This document shows positions 37,601-45,300 of a DNA stretch of 54,578 bases, piece after piece. Positions within the stretch are counted from its first letter, which is position 1. Every line of letters starts with the position of its first letter. Position numbers and translations under genes: made by a program. This DNA is from a virus. Taxonomy: Duplodnaviria > Caudoviricetes. The notes under the pieces were generated by a model that worked only from the letters and a program-made list of their open reading frames with translations, was not told where the DNA came from and did not search any database. Where the stretch lies: the IMG/VR virus record IMGVR_UViG_3300009180_002134, positions 1 to 54,578 of that record, one strand, 5' to 3'.

Positions 37601-39130
37601 TGCTTGACCTTCCACTCCTTTTCTTACAGATTTTTCCAGTCCACCTTTATATCCATGATAAAGATCATAATAATAATCTTGTAACGTTGTATTAGATCCC
37701 TCTTGGAATAATTCTTGCAATCCTTCAGATGCTTCCCATTTAAATACATTTTTTCCAACAGCTTTTGTAGCTTCCCAAGCAGCTCTTCTTCCACCAAAGT
37801 CAGTGGCTATTTTACCAAGGGTGCTAAATGTTCCAAAGGCTCCTTTAGCATATTGTTTAGTTAGTTTTTCACCAGCTTCTTTACCAATTTTTCTACCTGT
37901 AACAGTTATAACATCTTCAGCAAATCCACCAGCTTCTCCTAACACACTTCTACCAAATTTAAATTTAGTAAACAGATTATCAAATTGAAGTCTATTAGCT
38001 AACATCAAAATTCCAGTGTTCACTTTAAAGTTATCTGAAGCAGCATCCATAGCTGTTTTCTTCATTCTATCAACATTAAGTTGTGATGGAGCTTGTCCTG
38101 TTTTAAAAAGCTCTTCATCATATAATTTAGTGTAAAGATCTCCATATGTACCAGCCATTTCCATACGAGCCTCTGTCATTGCCATGTTAGTTTCACTTAA
38201 GAAACGTCTTACACCACCAATACCTATAGCTGCTATTTGTAATGCACCAGCACCGGCCTTACCATACTGAAACATCTCATATCCTGTATTAACTAAAGGA
38301 ACAAACTTTCTAGCTCCTTGTACAAGACCTTCTGCAAATGATCGTGATTTCCATATTGGATCTCCCAGTTTTTTCATGTCTTTAGCCAATTCTTCCACTT
38401 TAACAATCTTTCCCATCCAAGAAGCTTCTTTTATTCCAAGCTTAGCCAAAGAAAATTCTGTAGAAAGTCCCATAGTTAATAATTCCTCAGAAAGAAACTG
38501 AGCAATTGTACCTACAGCAAAACCTGATTGTTGTAACATTGTACCAAACATACTTCTATTAAAAATACCTTCTTTTGATTCAGGTGTTTCAAATATTGCA
38601 TATTTGTTCATGATATCTTTAGTCTGCTTATCTTGTTCTAACAAGTGTTCAGGACTACCATATAACTTAGACATGTCAGCTGATCCAATAGCATCAGCCA
38701 TATATCCCCAACCTTTCCATCCTTCTATAAAAGTATTACCAGCAAGTTTAACCATACCTGTAAGACCATTACTCCATACATCTCCCCATGTCTGAGCTCT
38801 ACCATATCTATATTCATTCTCTTGTCCAAGATTAGGATTAAATCCTAATGTTTTATAGTGGCTAGAATTAACATATCTATCAGCTTGAGACCTATTCCAA
38901 TCAAAAAATACTGGAGCAGCCTCTGCTGTTTTAGATGCTCTACCGGCAGCAAATGCTTCAAGACTACTTTTTACAGGATCTTCTGCAGGTTGTTGATAAG
39001 ATGGAGCTGATTGAACACCACCACCTATTAAATCAAAAACATTAGTTTCTGATTGAGGCATATCCAAATTAGGATCTTCAAAATAATTTCCTTGTAAATC
39101 TTCAGGTATTATACCGGTTTCAAATGACAT
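25658..39130 (-). CDS. Virion-packaged crAss-like RNA polymerase (two-barrel type) within a 4490-aa protein
   Basis: GVRIPSQDKHS and SGADFDVDKLY (DxDxD at 28946-28960), ADAQ, KVPG, TDNAKE motifs; zincin HEAFH..EEYMAD near 33600. Confidence 0.9.
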   Translation of the reverse strand: MSFETGIIPEDLQGNYFEDPNLDMPQSETNVFDLIGGGVQSAPSYQQPAEDPVKSSLEAFAAGRASKTAEAAPVFFDWNRSQADRYVNSSHYKTLGFNPNLGQENEYRYGRAQTWGDVWSNGLTGMVKLAGNTFIEGWKGWGYMADAIGSADMSKLYGSPEHLLEQDKQTKDIMNKYAIFETPESKEGIFNRSMFGTMLQQSGFAVGTIAQFLSEELLTMGLSTEFSLAKLGIKEASWMGKIVKVEELAKDMKKLGDPIWKSRSFAEGLVQGARKFVPLVNTGYEMFQYGKAGAGALQIAAIGIGGVRRFLSETNMAMTEARMEMAGTYGDLYTKLYDEELFKTGQAPSQLNVDRMKKTAMDAASDNFKVNTGILMLANRLQFDNLFTKFKFGRSVLGEAGGFAEDVITVTGRKIGKEAGEKLTKQYAKGAFGTFSTLGKIATDFGGRRAAWEATKAVGKNVFKWEASEGLQELFQEGSNTTLQDYYYDLYHGYKGGLEKSVRKGVEGQANVQGLKTFLMGALTGRLLSPINYVVGKTKYYAGTSAKDRAQRKNGIEDAVKTVNAFYENPNKFLPEHIANVKVQNKVAQNMEEAIANRDAYVFHNNKNSGFAKMISAAIKTGTVESVIDTLRGYGETFDDKTNNDFKEAFGMTPDETNRASVKEFFTKIADDVVEYHKNWKALTDKYGDLIKPDLYLEGSESHKVALMAKRVLNDAIEMMSTTDYKAKQSALRSVALLNNMASKPVIGGSAASAFRNLGVMENTELEIETLEEEIKSAEALPKKDKATKDLIKSKKAQLKALQAWKENSPSLKLMGRKEKRKFNKAIKAFQNYMNAKNGEAKIDITLKTDDVQEIYESLIDYMDLNTDNKEYIDAYNIMANPIQFVNIHRRLMDAMQATGEKMLAEHLEEMIREAQGKPPLKEDDEPELSHKVTPQEDGKFSVVSSKGTVVAKDIETLDEAQTIADDLDAVFKKEQKEKEETGEEQYPAVPSGLDSNAIVKEMSNGIYLIELPDIETGTTVYLIVDKNGAFITNIKLDSKDYPDYEYNILYEDYAKAKSIYEALQAQVKKDNSEFSFGGKTIKQGTVLLDDKGRRYKVLTKGEVEEVGGIKQITVAEITNGSTSTSRPIKENLNGWRLESEVEKAVTPDNPNAFRLVRNNELVKIYPHVNRESGEKREEAEERLSNLLLNTPAAQLLAGMSISITKNKTITPSKLAADKEGNNENKHLRVNGEPYTIALIYNGQPIGYFPYYNQYTYLNDNGQPTDMSSITKDRFQQIFDSQDKNVNNEFDWFKKNQQRSREIHGVLINELKAGMDSVTLSPEQLKSLFYLDVSSGEYSYVKKGQTPPTLNDLKYKTIDGFVYIIDRRTKHLGNMMYQDDEVVRTNAPMTQREAIDKRVKEARYEKNGADGLRNYGRYVAAVELPNGEIKFIELSTFEIPTADLNELVTKFNERSKKLKEENLEEAIDENTKKPFTKAKDVTASNDINEDISDTIYITVPGQRGMNVTLALNPQGDVRVEFAVVTYGKETEKAVIVLKESNADETKPLALKDIDDLVGRINRAVAEYDAKADSTKKTKGRLQTISTTDTNGKIREFRMTVKNFKRSISESFSPEEYSGLQTNTTVDVVKNSNVTLNVKKSDNKPNSSTTTGAAKGTNVPSTEDIDIPEDIAKAQADMVRKRKEEQDRLKREKEEREGKRNIADVKQDLEEQRYAIADIIEGELIKQGLGKAERLKYINNSEAFLNDPRVKAIDQQLAVINGSAAKKVSDNLSQEDLLDITEFRKWMKEHLPAFISDEDLKLISSNMKGQGITVGMFYMHMDKLNQRLTGKLALSKYAPAYHEAFHGIFRMLLSDAKIEQLYGIAKKELLQQGKSIAALKKELLESAPEIYSRLSDKELEERVYEEYMADKFQEWKKNIKTETSPVNKSFFRWLLDLITNFFKSLRTSPLENLFMKIEKGKFRNSHIMPNRFTEAMNIGITEPALKAIQIGTTVIDNEDGERERIPIYLSQAEGDVIASTIAAIYHKKMREANLRTYDETILNEILNDYSNLYDERINPYYQSEDFLSRYPTASSYMKAMEKIKIRRRLFTQEELRQILKDSVKIHTDIMGYREKDISDEEEADVDEFGDRSTTDKRKESYSIGGYGSLSKELRQYLSTIVDEVTDEFGNSEFVTEDGKLTGVHLIEAANANTLYNGLLKAVSGSTTQEEVLLKFEIFAQYNPEANKFWNKFSKDVDLIYDKDKNFVDIGNKKQATLFQAVIKGFMQHSVDYYFQNMDIGKGVTTIMEANRRGAGKNQFSIWYNAYLELFVNQYQQVKSDRRSQLDFMDNKTRGLSGLMNLLNKGTYYNEQTLKAEIETIITRLKDDLGISLSPLYLKYSYLKSIVLDPENPADIENFKLLRAYEEIEPITEESVREIYSVIRAGKNPFGNNVDPDKLIDAEAQTKLLDGDAESLPEDDKTKDEDVEDDTMGAIGRLSIIAAGNAIFDEQVATTSFKNASGELVQSHQMPTFNLIRGVELRSKEFRENLKKDPFLKTNFLLNNPFFEYVAESFKIARIDGLKQSSLNKNDNNKYVEGKKLNVNQNKGVTYGSMSDREFALSIFNLYLKNTIHTIPRDGENASKTFATAPVLMGVLAEKNTGDLANNLPIVKAVEIKNKTIQLTSVAKTALFNEVMREYERIGRVQDEIDNGFPRGVIEGYHNGDPAKGGERGLRFIKMRSMLGDMVGELEVAARNGEELSTDQKQLIFNGIENYWLGPGGQVDGLLTDLTDLGIIYEDSKGELRSKLLSSTLFSGHKIDNKVDTERNQHTNLSTNPEFNMAQILLSNYINALSVNQLFANDVAENFKDDGGVDEVKRNVVRNAMGSDISSIITAPELGINHTNKTSHVVTFNDPMYKGKFAGKNKEKADAQMYMSVKGLRYTLFGLGKLNAAQADLLDKIERGQSVSVGDIFGDVYTDVNGKQKRRGGSIQFNAQTNSIKLVYGDGQKIVKTSGIILTKEYTSMKDRGPRPGMEELHKLRETLEEFEGRNQTIAFGIPKSASKGKKVNIADSVGAIEDKNFIEHDNRFWRLQLENPSNKLEITDPTQAKQSIISEQYRDLEVNFRGETIKLGEVIDEYLSDTEQRVKNNYFKARDEIFDIKGAFRELGKSLKQGQIEPKLGKFLENAVKTLASIGADPQTIEFFTPLKNEKTGELTPVYDLNHPMLLDKFTQLFLAYFSKGVMSEKVPGHALTLVSNWGSQVVKRVIELDENGQPKRWEVITRRKYEKDAALLSEARNAKKWNNELDREFEGLSIGDLYIDDLRHNVPEYDKKGNIIGYFTEFMIPPHFKEHMVQYNADGTLSDDTLRAFGVRIPSQDKHSAITLKLVDFLPAHYGSIGVFPHELIEISGADFDVDKLYMHIVDSYTKDNKRIPYGTAKTIEDRFVEYVHYLSKKDKVFKAKMRELENAAVNENDADSYDDEYEDEKYDNIEDLFHDLLSPAVSARNLLEIRALQELKLPSSPAEYAKYVKEYGEPNNGVLNNRILDAKIKLLNNDGMVKAKEGETPVAFQVAEVQPLLDAVNTFIDKFKVLGDVLIEGTVDVDSIRGMIRSFKNNKEGASGIGPAVNSMLTAALMNSFYKQTKLRKLNAKGEAMYALTIDGHEFDTYENSRAWNNETQTYDGKRVFYNISAIVSAMTDNAKERLAARLGLNINAIDVVSNMVALGVSLETALMFNLQPSVREFYKRIAITNKNIKTAKEEEIYKSKVGDELLEELSKKRGEDKGMFPITTDLLEKNIKSEGGNASADYSVFSSFLQFYNQTKYFSAVSQVLKLSKGLGTSNENIDKIEDKEKLLGLNLTDEEFVKTNIPFDLRQVLTGVEESKPHHRITANYLRIKNQIQELQKSVMIEKSYMYKRLKETVLANLRVNNKEKEKFNIQLKRDLISYLGMKAYIQYLKVNGKSTKLAGLTNALIYDASAVQRGEGFKDIIDTVRAIREELKETNDGKGNYFAKQFLNIIPVMLTDISADKQFVNPKNRGGINMVEINTWAKLGQLEINKLKDSFLEMYSNHKTRPMVYTLFNYLLVKDGGQYKSGSFIRYMPPAMFKELLDATKQAHTVLKEDGLVDDNVTYKETFGATALEVFNEFTKLYTTNTNNAFSIRRVKSSLEKKDLDQVVKPDTIKGYTPKIFLTDGKNIKIDMFGGIREKEIQWLIDENGYGSMVEMINTGTFSETELEKMNYNQDLLEALGFSIVNEPDENGKNRYYIQLPYTLMIKTGDQFNGYTETYYKLKSVSKEKDDQKSPGIGNFILKPGDNLALGSAAVYEKFDLVGSRNQWKLAGLTGETPTNVVLRERFGKNKKTFDLDDIDYNDDYSDIDMGGNPLGLQNFVYELQNEYGIDTEFVGDKLQFYKTVGGKKVLYETTAKTAEELYKMRIKEDEDRGGTIASSTAMNNPFAGMEDIETTSPENQDFGDIDVSDQPAQSDVAKALEKYRKDIAAKKDEKDNGCTPK

Positions 39131-39152
39131 GAATATATATCTTTAGAGTTGA

Positions 39153-42100
39153 TTATTTATTATATGTGTTTGGATTTATTCCTGCTTTTTTAAACATCTC
39201 ATCTTTTGTAACAGTTTGTATAGGTTGCCCTGTTTTAGGATTAGTTACTGTTCCCGATGTTATAGCTGTTTGATATTCTTTTAATGTTGTGCTATTCTTT
39301 ACCATAGAATCGTAATATAATTTGTAGATGTAATTTACGATTTCATCTGGAGTTTTCCTATTATCTCCGGCTCTAAGACTAAAATCCACTTCAACTTTAA
39401 CAGGTTCCATTCTTGTTATAAGTTCTCCAGCTTTATTTTTTTCATTAACACGTTTTCTATAATTGAGAGTGAGATGTGCTGAAGAAGGCTCTGCATCTTT
39501 TCCCATTTTATTAGGAATAATTTCAAAATCAAATCCTGATGCTGCAATTATAGGATCACTTACTAATTTGTTTCCTTGTAAAATAGCACCATATATATAA
39601 TTACCTGTATTTTTAGGAAGATCTCTTAAATTAGTCATAGTTGATTCATCTATTTCTAATTGATATATTTGTTGATTAAGTTTATTTAAAGCAACATTTC
39701 CAATTTCTTGTTTAGTTTCTGCAGATATTTCTCCTAGGTTAAAAGATATTGTAGGTTTACCATTAACTCCCAGTGATTTATAAGTGAAGCCTTGAACATA
39801 TTTTTCCATATTGTCTTCTTTATTTTGAAAAAGCATTTTCAAAGCATTGGCTATTTCAGGATCTGTTATTAGATTACCATTATTGTCATATAAGGTGGCA
39901 TTAGCTGGAGAAAATGCATTATTAAATAATAAAGATGCTTTATCACCTATATTTTTTTTATCAAAATTATAATACCATTCTTGACCCAATTGACCAGTTC
40001 TAGTCTGATAATATAAAAGATTAGGTACTACAGATTCATATGCAGCTTTGATTTTAGTAGAAAATTCTTGAGAAGTTCCATATTTTTTTTCTGCACCACT
40101 CATAGCATTCACATAAGCAGCATTTGATGCCCAACCTAAACGACTTGATATACCATTTACAGATGTTACACTATATTTTACACCATTAATAAATGTTTCA
40201 CTACCACCTGCCATCGGATCTGCTCCTATTTTTAATTCTCCTTGTATAAATAATTTAGCAACATCTTTTCTAGAAAGTTTTTGAACAGAACCTTTTCCAT
40301 CAAGTGACTTAAGAACTAATTCAGGCATGTCTTTAGATATATCATTAACACCAAGAAGTTCTCTTTTACCATTACGTTCTATTGTAACATTTTTAAATTC
40401 AGGATTAGTTTTAAGATTTTGATCTAAAATAGCTCTTCTATTTTCTTCATTTGCATTATATGTATCAAACATTGTTGTAGCCGTTGTATAAGCTGTTAAT
40501 GCAAGAACCTCCTCATCTCTTAATGGAACATCATATCCATCTTTAGACATGTTTAATCTTTGTGCATAATAATCCTGAGCATATGTTACTAATGCATTTT
40601 TAAAAGTACCTGGTCCAGTTACTTTAGTAATACCAGCATTTTTAACAGCATCATTAGCTAATAATTTAGCTGATAATTTATTTAATGCTACAGCTTCTTC
40701 TTTTGAAGCTGTATACTCTTCTGTTGCCTCAGGATCTACTGATTTTGATTTCATTTCCTTACCCCAAAATGAAGAAACTAATGTTATTTCTTCTTGAGTA
40801 AGACCAAGTCCTATTTTAGTTAATAACAATAATCCTTTTGTATCAAACATTAAATCATTTGCTCCTTTAAAAATATCTTTTTGATAATTATTAAATATAT
40901 CAAAAGCTACACTTTTATTTTTTTCAAGTATATTGGTTGTACCAAGTCCTTGATATACACCTAATGTAGTTTGATCCACTGCATTAACAGGTGGTTCAAT
41001 TATATTACCAAATGCATCTCTAGTTGGTTCCGTAGTTTTGGTATCTTTATCTTTACCATCTTTACTAGTTTTAACTTCAGGATGTTCTCTTTCCCAAATT
41101 GTATTAGCTTCATCAAAATTTTGCTTTCTTACATCAAGTAGGAACTTCTGTCTATTTAGTTCATGTGCTTGTGCAGTTGTAAAAGCTGTATTTTCTTTTA
41201 TAGTTTTACTCTCAATACTAGCTCTACCTGTAGACCAGTTATTGATAACACGTTGCTTAGCTAATACACCAAAATAACCATCTGCATTTGCAAAAACAGC
41301 ATTTCTTATTTTATCTTTATCAGGTTGATCAAAGTTTTTATACTCTTGATTAATTCCATCTCTTTTAGCTATAAGCTGAGCTCTTTCATTTACTAAAGCT
41401 GTAAATGTATTTTGTTGATCAGGACTTAGTGTAGCTGGCAATGAAGAAAGAAGACTATTAATTTTAACTAATTCTACATTAACTTCTTCATTTCTTTTTG
41501 TAAATCCATCATTTAATTCAGTGATTACATCTTCAGATATAAATTTCATCACTTGATCATCTGTCCAAGTGGGATGTAGCTTTTTAGTATCTTTTATTCT
41601 CTGTTCTTTTTCAACAACACCTGTCACTCTAAACTGCTCATAGAAATTATTTCCCATGACAGACTGAGCCCATGTAGCATACTTCTTTTGAGATCTTTGA
41701 CCATTCTCTGTACTAACTAAATATGGTCCAGATGGATCATCATATTTAACCGATAGGTTATTATCCTTAGCCATTTTCTCTAAATATCCTTCTATGTTTG
41801 TCCATGGGGTGGCTTCTCTTTTTTCCACTTTAGAATATGCATCAGCATTTCTATTAGCATTTTGTAAAGCACTAAGACCGTTATTTAAATACTGAGTGGT
41901 GATTCCATTATACTGCTCTCTTATCTTTGCATCAGAAGATGTTCTCCAGTTGTTTAATTTTTCAGCTTGACTTTGATACCACTTTGTAAGTTTAGTATCT
42001 TCCATCATTAATTTATCTTGCCAAAAAGGAGCATAAAGATTCTCAGCTATTTGCTGATTTTCAGGAAGAGAAAGATCAGAACTAGCAATTTGCTTAAGTC

Positions 42101-42320
42101 CATCTTCTGCTTGTTTGATATATTGATCTCTTAAAGGAATGTTTGCCTTATCTGATAGAGGAGCATTAAGTACTGATTGATAAGCTATCTTAGCTTTACT
42201 TACACCTTGTTCATACTGAAGCTGCTTCTTCTGCAGCATCTTATCAAAAAAGTTAAAATCCGGAGCATACACGACCGGTTCAGGTAATACATCAGGTATA
42301 AAGGGAAGGTATTGTGCCAT
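39153..42320 (-). CDS. Large internal virion/ejection protein (1055 aa), no Cys seen
   Basis: Helical, directly upstream of the RNAP gene as in crAss-like gene order; no catalytic motif recognised. Confidence 0.6.
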   Translation of the reverse strand: MAQYLPFIPDVLPEPVVYAPDFNFFDKMLQKKQLQYEQGVSKAKIAYQSVLNAPLSDKANIPLRDQYIKQAEDGLKQIASSDLSLPENQQIAENLYAPFWQDKLMMEDTKLTKWYQSQAEKLNNWRTSSDAKIREQYNGITTQYLNNGLSALQNANRNADAYSKVEKREATPWTNIEGYLEKMAKDNNLSVKYDDPSGPYLVSTENGQRSQKKYATWAQSVMGNNFYEQFRVTGVVEKEQRIKDTKKLHPTWTDDQVMKFISEDVITELNDGFTKRNEEVNVELVKINSLLSSLPATLSPDQQNTFTALVNERAQLIAKRDGINQEYKNFDQPDKDKIRNAVFANADGYFGVLAKQRVINNWSTGRASIESKTIKENTAFTTAQAHELNRQKFLLDVRKQNFDEANTIWEREHPEVKTSKDGKDKDTKTTEPTRDAFGNIIEPPVNAVDQTTLGVYQGLGTTNILEKNKSVAFDIFNNYQKDIFKGANDLMFDTKGLLLLTKIGLGLTQEEITLVSSFWGKEMKSKSVDPEATEEYTASKEEAVALNKLSAKLLANDAVKNAGITKVTGPGTFKNALVTYAQDYYAQRLNMSKDGYDVPLRDEEVLALTAYTTATTMFDTYNANEENRRAILDQNLKTNPEFKNVTIERNGKRELLGVNDISKDMPELVLKSLDGKGSVQKLSRKDVAKLFIQGELKIGADPMAGGSETFINGVKYSVTSVNGISSRLGWASNAAYVNAMSGAEKKYGTSQEFSTKIKAAYESVVPNLLYYQTRTGQLGQEWYYNFDKKNIGDKASLLFNNAFSPANATLYDNNGNLITDPEIANALKMLFQNKEDNMEKYVQGFTYKSLGVNGKPTISFNLGEISAETKQEIGNVALNKLNQQIYQLEIDESTMTNLRDLPKNTGNYIYGAILQGNKLVSDPIIAASGFDFEIIPNKMGKDAEPSSAHLTLNYRKRVNEKNKAGELITRMEPVKVEVDFSLRAGDNRKTPDEIVNYIYKLYYDSMVKNSTTLKEYQTAITSGTVTNPKTGQPIQTVTKDEMFKKAGINPNTYNK

Positions 42321-42323
42321 AAT

Positions 42324-42339
42324 TACATTATAAATATAC
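42324..42339 (-). promoter_or_regulatory. Candidate phage late promoter motif GTATATTTATAATGTA
   Basis: In the widest (57-nt) intergenic gap of the giant-gene block; matches the motif at 6949-6963. Confidence 0.4.
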
Positions 42340-42350
42340 TACAAAATATT

Positions 42351-42372
42351 TAAAGTTTAAAACTAAACTTTA
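42351..42372. repeat. AT-rich inverted repeat TAAAGTTTA-AAAC-TAAACTTTA
   Basis: Perfect 9-bp arms just upstream of the candidate promoter. Confidence 0.5.
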
Positions 42373-42377
42373 TAGGT

Positions 42378-45300
42378 TTAACTATTATCATCATCATTAC
42401 TACCTGTTACATTTCTTGTGTTATTAATGTAAGCTTGGTTCCATGCATTTACATCAGAACTTCTACTACCACCTCTTGAAGGTCCAAACTCTTGATCAAG
42501 TAGTAATTTAATTTGACCATCTGAATAACCTGCTTGTTTATACTCATCTAGTCTTTGTCTATATGAAGCAGCTGTACTAGCTGTAGCACCAGGACCAATG
42601 ATTGTATTGTAAGCTCCTACACCAGGTCTCATTTGAATCATTCCACCTTGAGGAGTGTCTATAACATTGTAATATGGATTAGTTGCATTTAATATGTTTC
42701 TCTTAGTAACATATTCATACATACCTTTCTTAACCTTATCTCTATCTGTCAACCATTTTCTCCATGTATTTCTGTATTCTTTGTCATACATGTTTTCATT
42801 TTGATGTAATATATCTTGTCTATTAGCATCATACTTCATCATGTCATTCATGATACCTGCTTGTAAAGGAGAATATTGATTAGCTATTCCTACATTTTGG
42901 TTACTCACTCTAGCAATTATATTAGCTGCATTTCCTACAGCACCTTGTTGAGCTGCATTAGCCATAGCTGCATATTGTTGAGGACTACCAGTGTACCCTC
43001 TACTCATAGCTGTAGCCAATCCTGCATTTTCTGCAAGCTCTCTTTCAGGACTTAAGAATGCTGGATTAGGCATGTATTGTTCTAATCTAGCAGCCCATGG
43101 GTGATATTTCTTTGGTCCAATAGCAGCAGCTGAATCAAAATTAGGAGGCATTCCTGGAAATATAGGAGGTGGTATTAACGATGGTGGTGTTTTTGGTTTT
43201 TCAGGTTTACAAACTTTTTCAGCTTCTTCTTTTGTTTCATAGTAAGGACCTCCTTGAGATTCATCACCATATCCCATCATATCAGATGTCACCCATTCGT
43301 GAGTGATAGGATCTGAAAATCCTTCTTCAGGACCAGCTTTTGAAACATCAACTTTAACAGGACCATTTTCTGTACACCTCCATTTATATTTAGGTGGTGT
43401 TGTTACAGGTGGTGGAGTGTCTTCAATAGTTGCATATTGAGGATCTGTACCTGGTTCTTCTATATCTGGAGATTGATAAGTCAATCTTTGACCTTTAGCT
43501 AATTCTTTTAAAGCTTTTATTTGTTCTTCTAAAGGAGCATTTTTCCAGTTTTCTGTTTCTAAGAAAGTTTTATAACAGTTAGGTCTTGCTTTTGTATCTG
43601 CTATAGTGTATAATAAATTTTCACAACCTTTTATAGCACGACCTCCTCCACCTATTTTACGTCCTTTATGAATTGTTCCTTTCTTTAAACTACCTGGTTT
43701 ACCCGGTATCCACCAAAGATCTACACTGCCTGGGTATGGAACATATCCTGTAGGTATAGATCCTTTAGGATATACCTCAGCTTCAACTTCTCCTTTATCT
43801 TTTGTTTTTACTTTTTTCTTTTTTCTATTACCCACTTCAGTTCCTTCGTCTGCATATTGTACATTTCCTCCATAGGCCATCTCACCATAATCTTGAGGAA
43901 TGTAAGTGCCATCATTAAATGCAAAAGTTCCACCATAAGCATAAGGAGATCCACCATACATTTGCATAGGAGGCATTTCTTCCCCTTGTTCTTCTTCTGG
44001 AGCTTCCATCATTTGTTCTTCCATACCTTGTTGAGGCATTTCTTGTGGAGGCATCATTTCTTCTTGAGGCATTTCTTCCTGACCTTGTTGAGGCATTTGT
44101 TGCTGTCCTTGATTCTGTAAAGCTTGTTGTCCTTGTTTAGTTGTACCTAACACTTCTTCAGCTATCTTAGGAAGACCTTGTGGGAAACCTTTCATTGACT
44201 CCTGTATAAGAGCTAAATATCCAAGTTTCTTTTCATAATTTTCCATCATCAACTGAGCCGTTCTTTTCTTAATAGCATCAGCCAATGGATCTTGTAAAAT
44301 AGCTTTATATTTATTTACGTCATAACGTTTTGCTATTTCAGCAGGTGTGTATCCTTCTTTAATAGGCTTTAAACCAAAAAAGTTTAACACTTCAGGATCT
44401 TTAATTCTCATCTTCTTTGTATCAGAGAATATAAAACTTCCCTCAGGTACATTAAGAGGGGTGCCTCCTTGGGTATGTTTTTTACCACCAATCAACATAT
44501 GTTCTCTTTGACCATCTTTATCAATGTCACCAAACACTGTTTCTCCTTCTTCAGCTTCAACATTTGCTTGATCACGAGGTACAGGTCCTAATGTCTTAGA
44601 AGAGTTTTCATAAGGATTTTGAGACATTGCAGAATATGTATTTCTTTGACCAAGATCAAAGCCATAACCTGATTGTCCACCATAAGCCATTTGCTTTGGT
44701 CCACCTGTTATACGTATTTTCATATCATTATCAATTGTATTGTTATTAAATCCACATTTGTGACATACATTTACATCAGAAGGATCAGATTCATCAGCTG
44801 TCCAAGACCATCCACAATTTGAACATGTAATTTCATCAACACTTCCACCTTCTGCAAAGATTACTTTTTGTTTTTTAAGTCTATCATAAACTCTTCTATC
44901 TTCCCATTTAATAAACTCAGCAACAAGTTTATTTCTTTCTTCTTCATTAAGATCTCTAAGTTTAAAATCTCCACCCATAGCTTTAACTATTGGCATTGTA
45001 CTAACAGTTGTAACAGTTGGTTTACCATTCACCCATCTATTACGAGCTTGTGATACTGTTAAGTTTTTATATCCCTCTCCAAATATAAGATCTTTCATAG
45101 CTTGCATCCCTGTCTCCATATCTGGGAATATAGCCACTCTACCATCTGAATCTTTTCTACCTATTTTAGCATTGTATGTTTTAGCAAATTCACCATAGTG
45201 AATATTACCTGGATTATAATGTTCCCATGACGATGGTAAAGGTCCTTCTTCAGCTTGTGTTCTTTCAACAGATGTTACCGGTGCTTGATATGCTTGAGGA

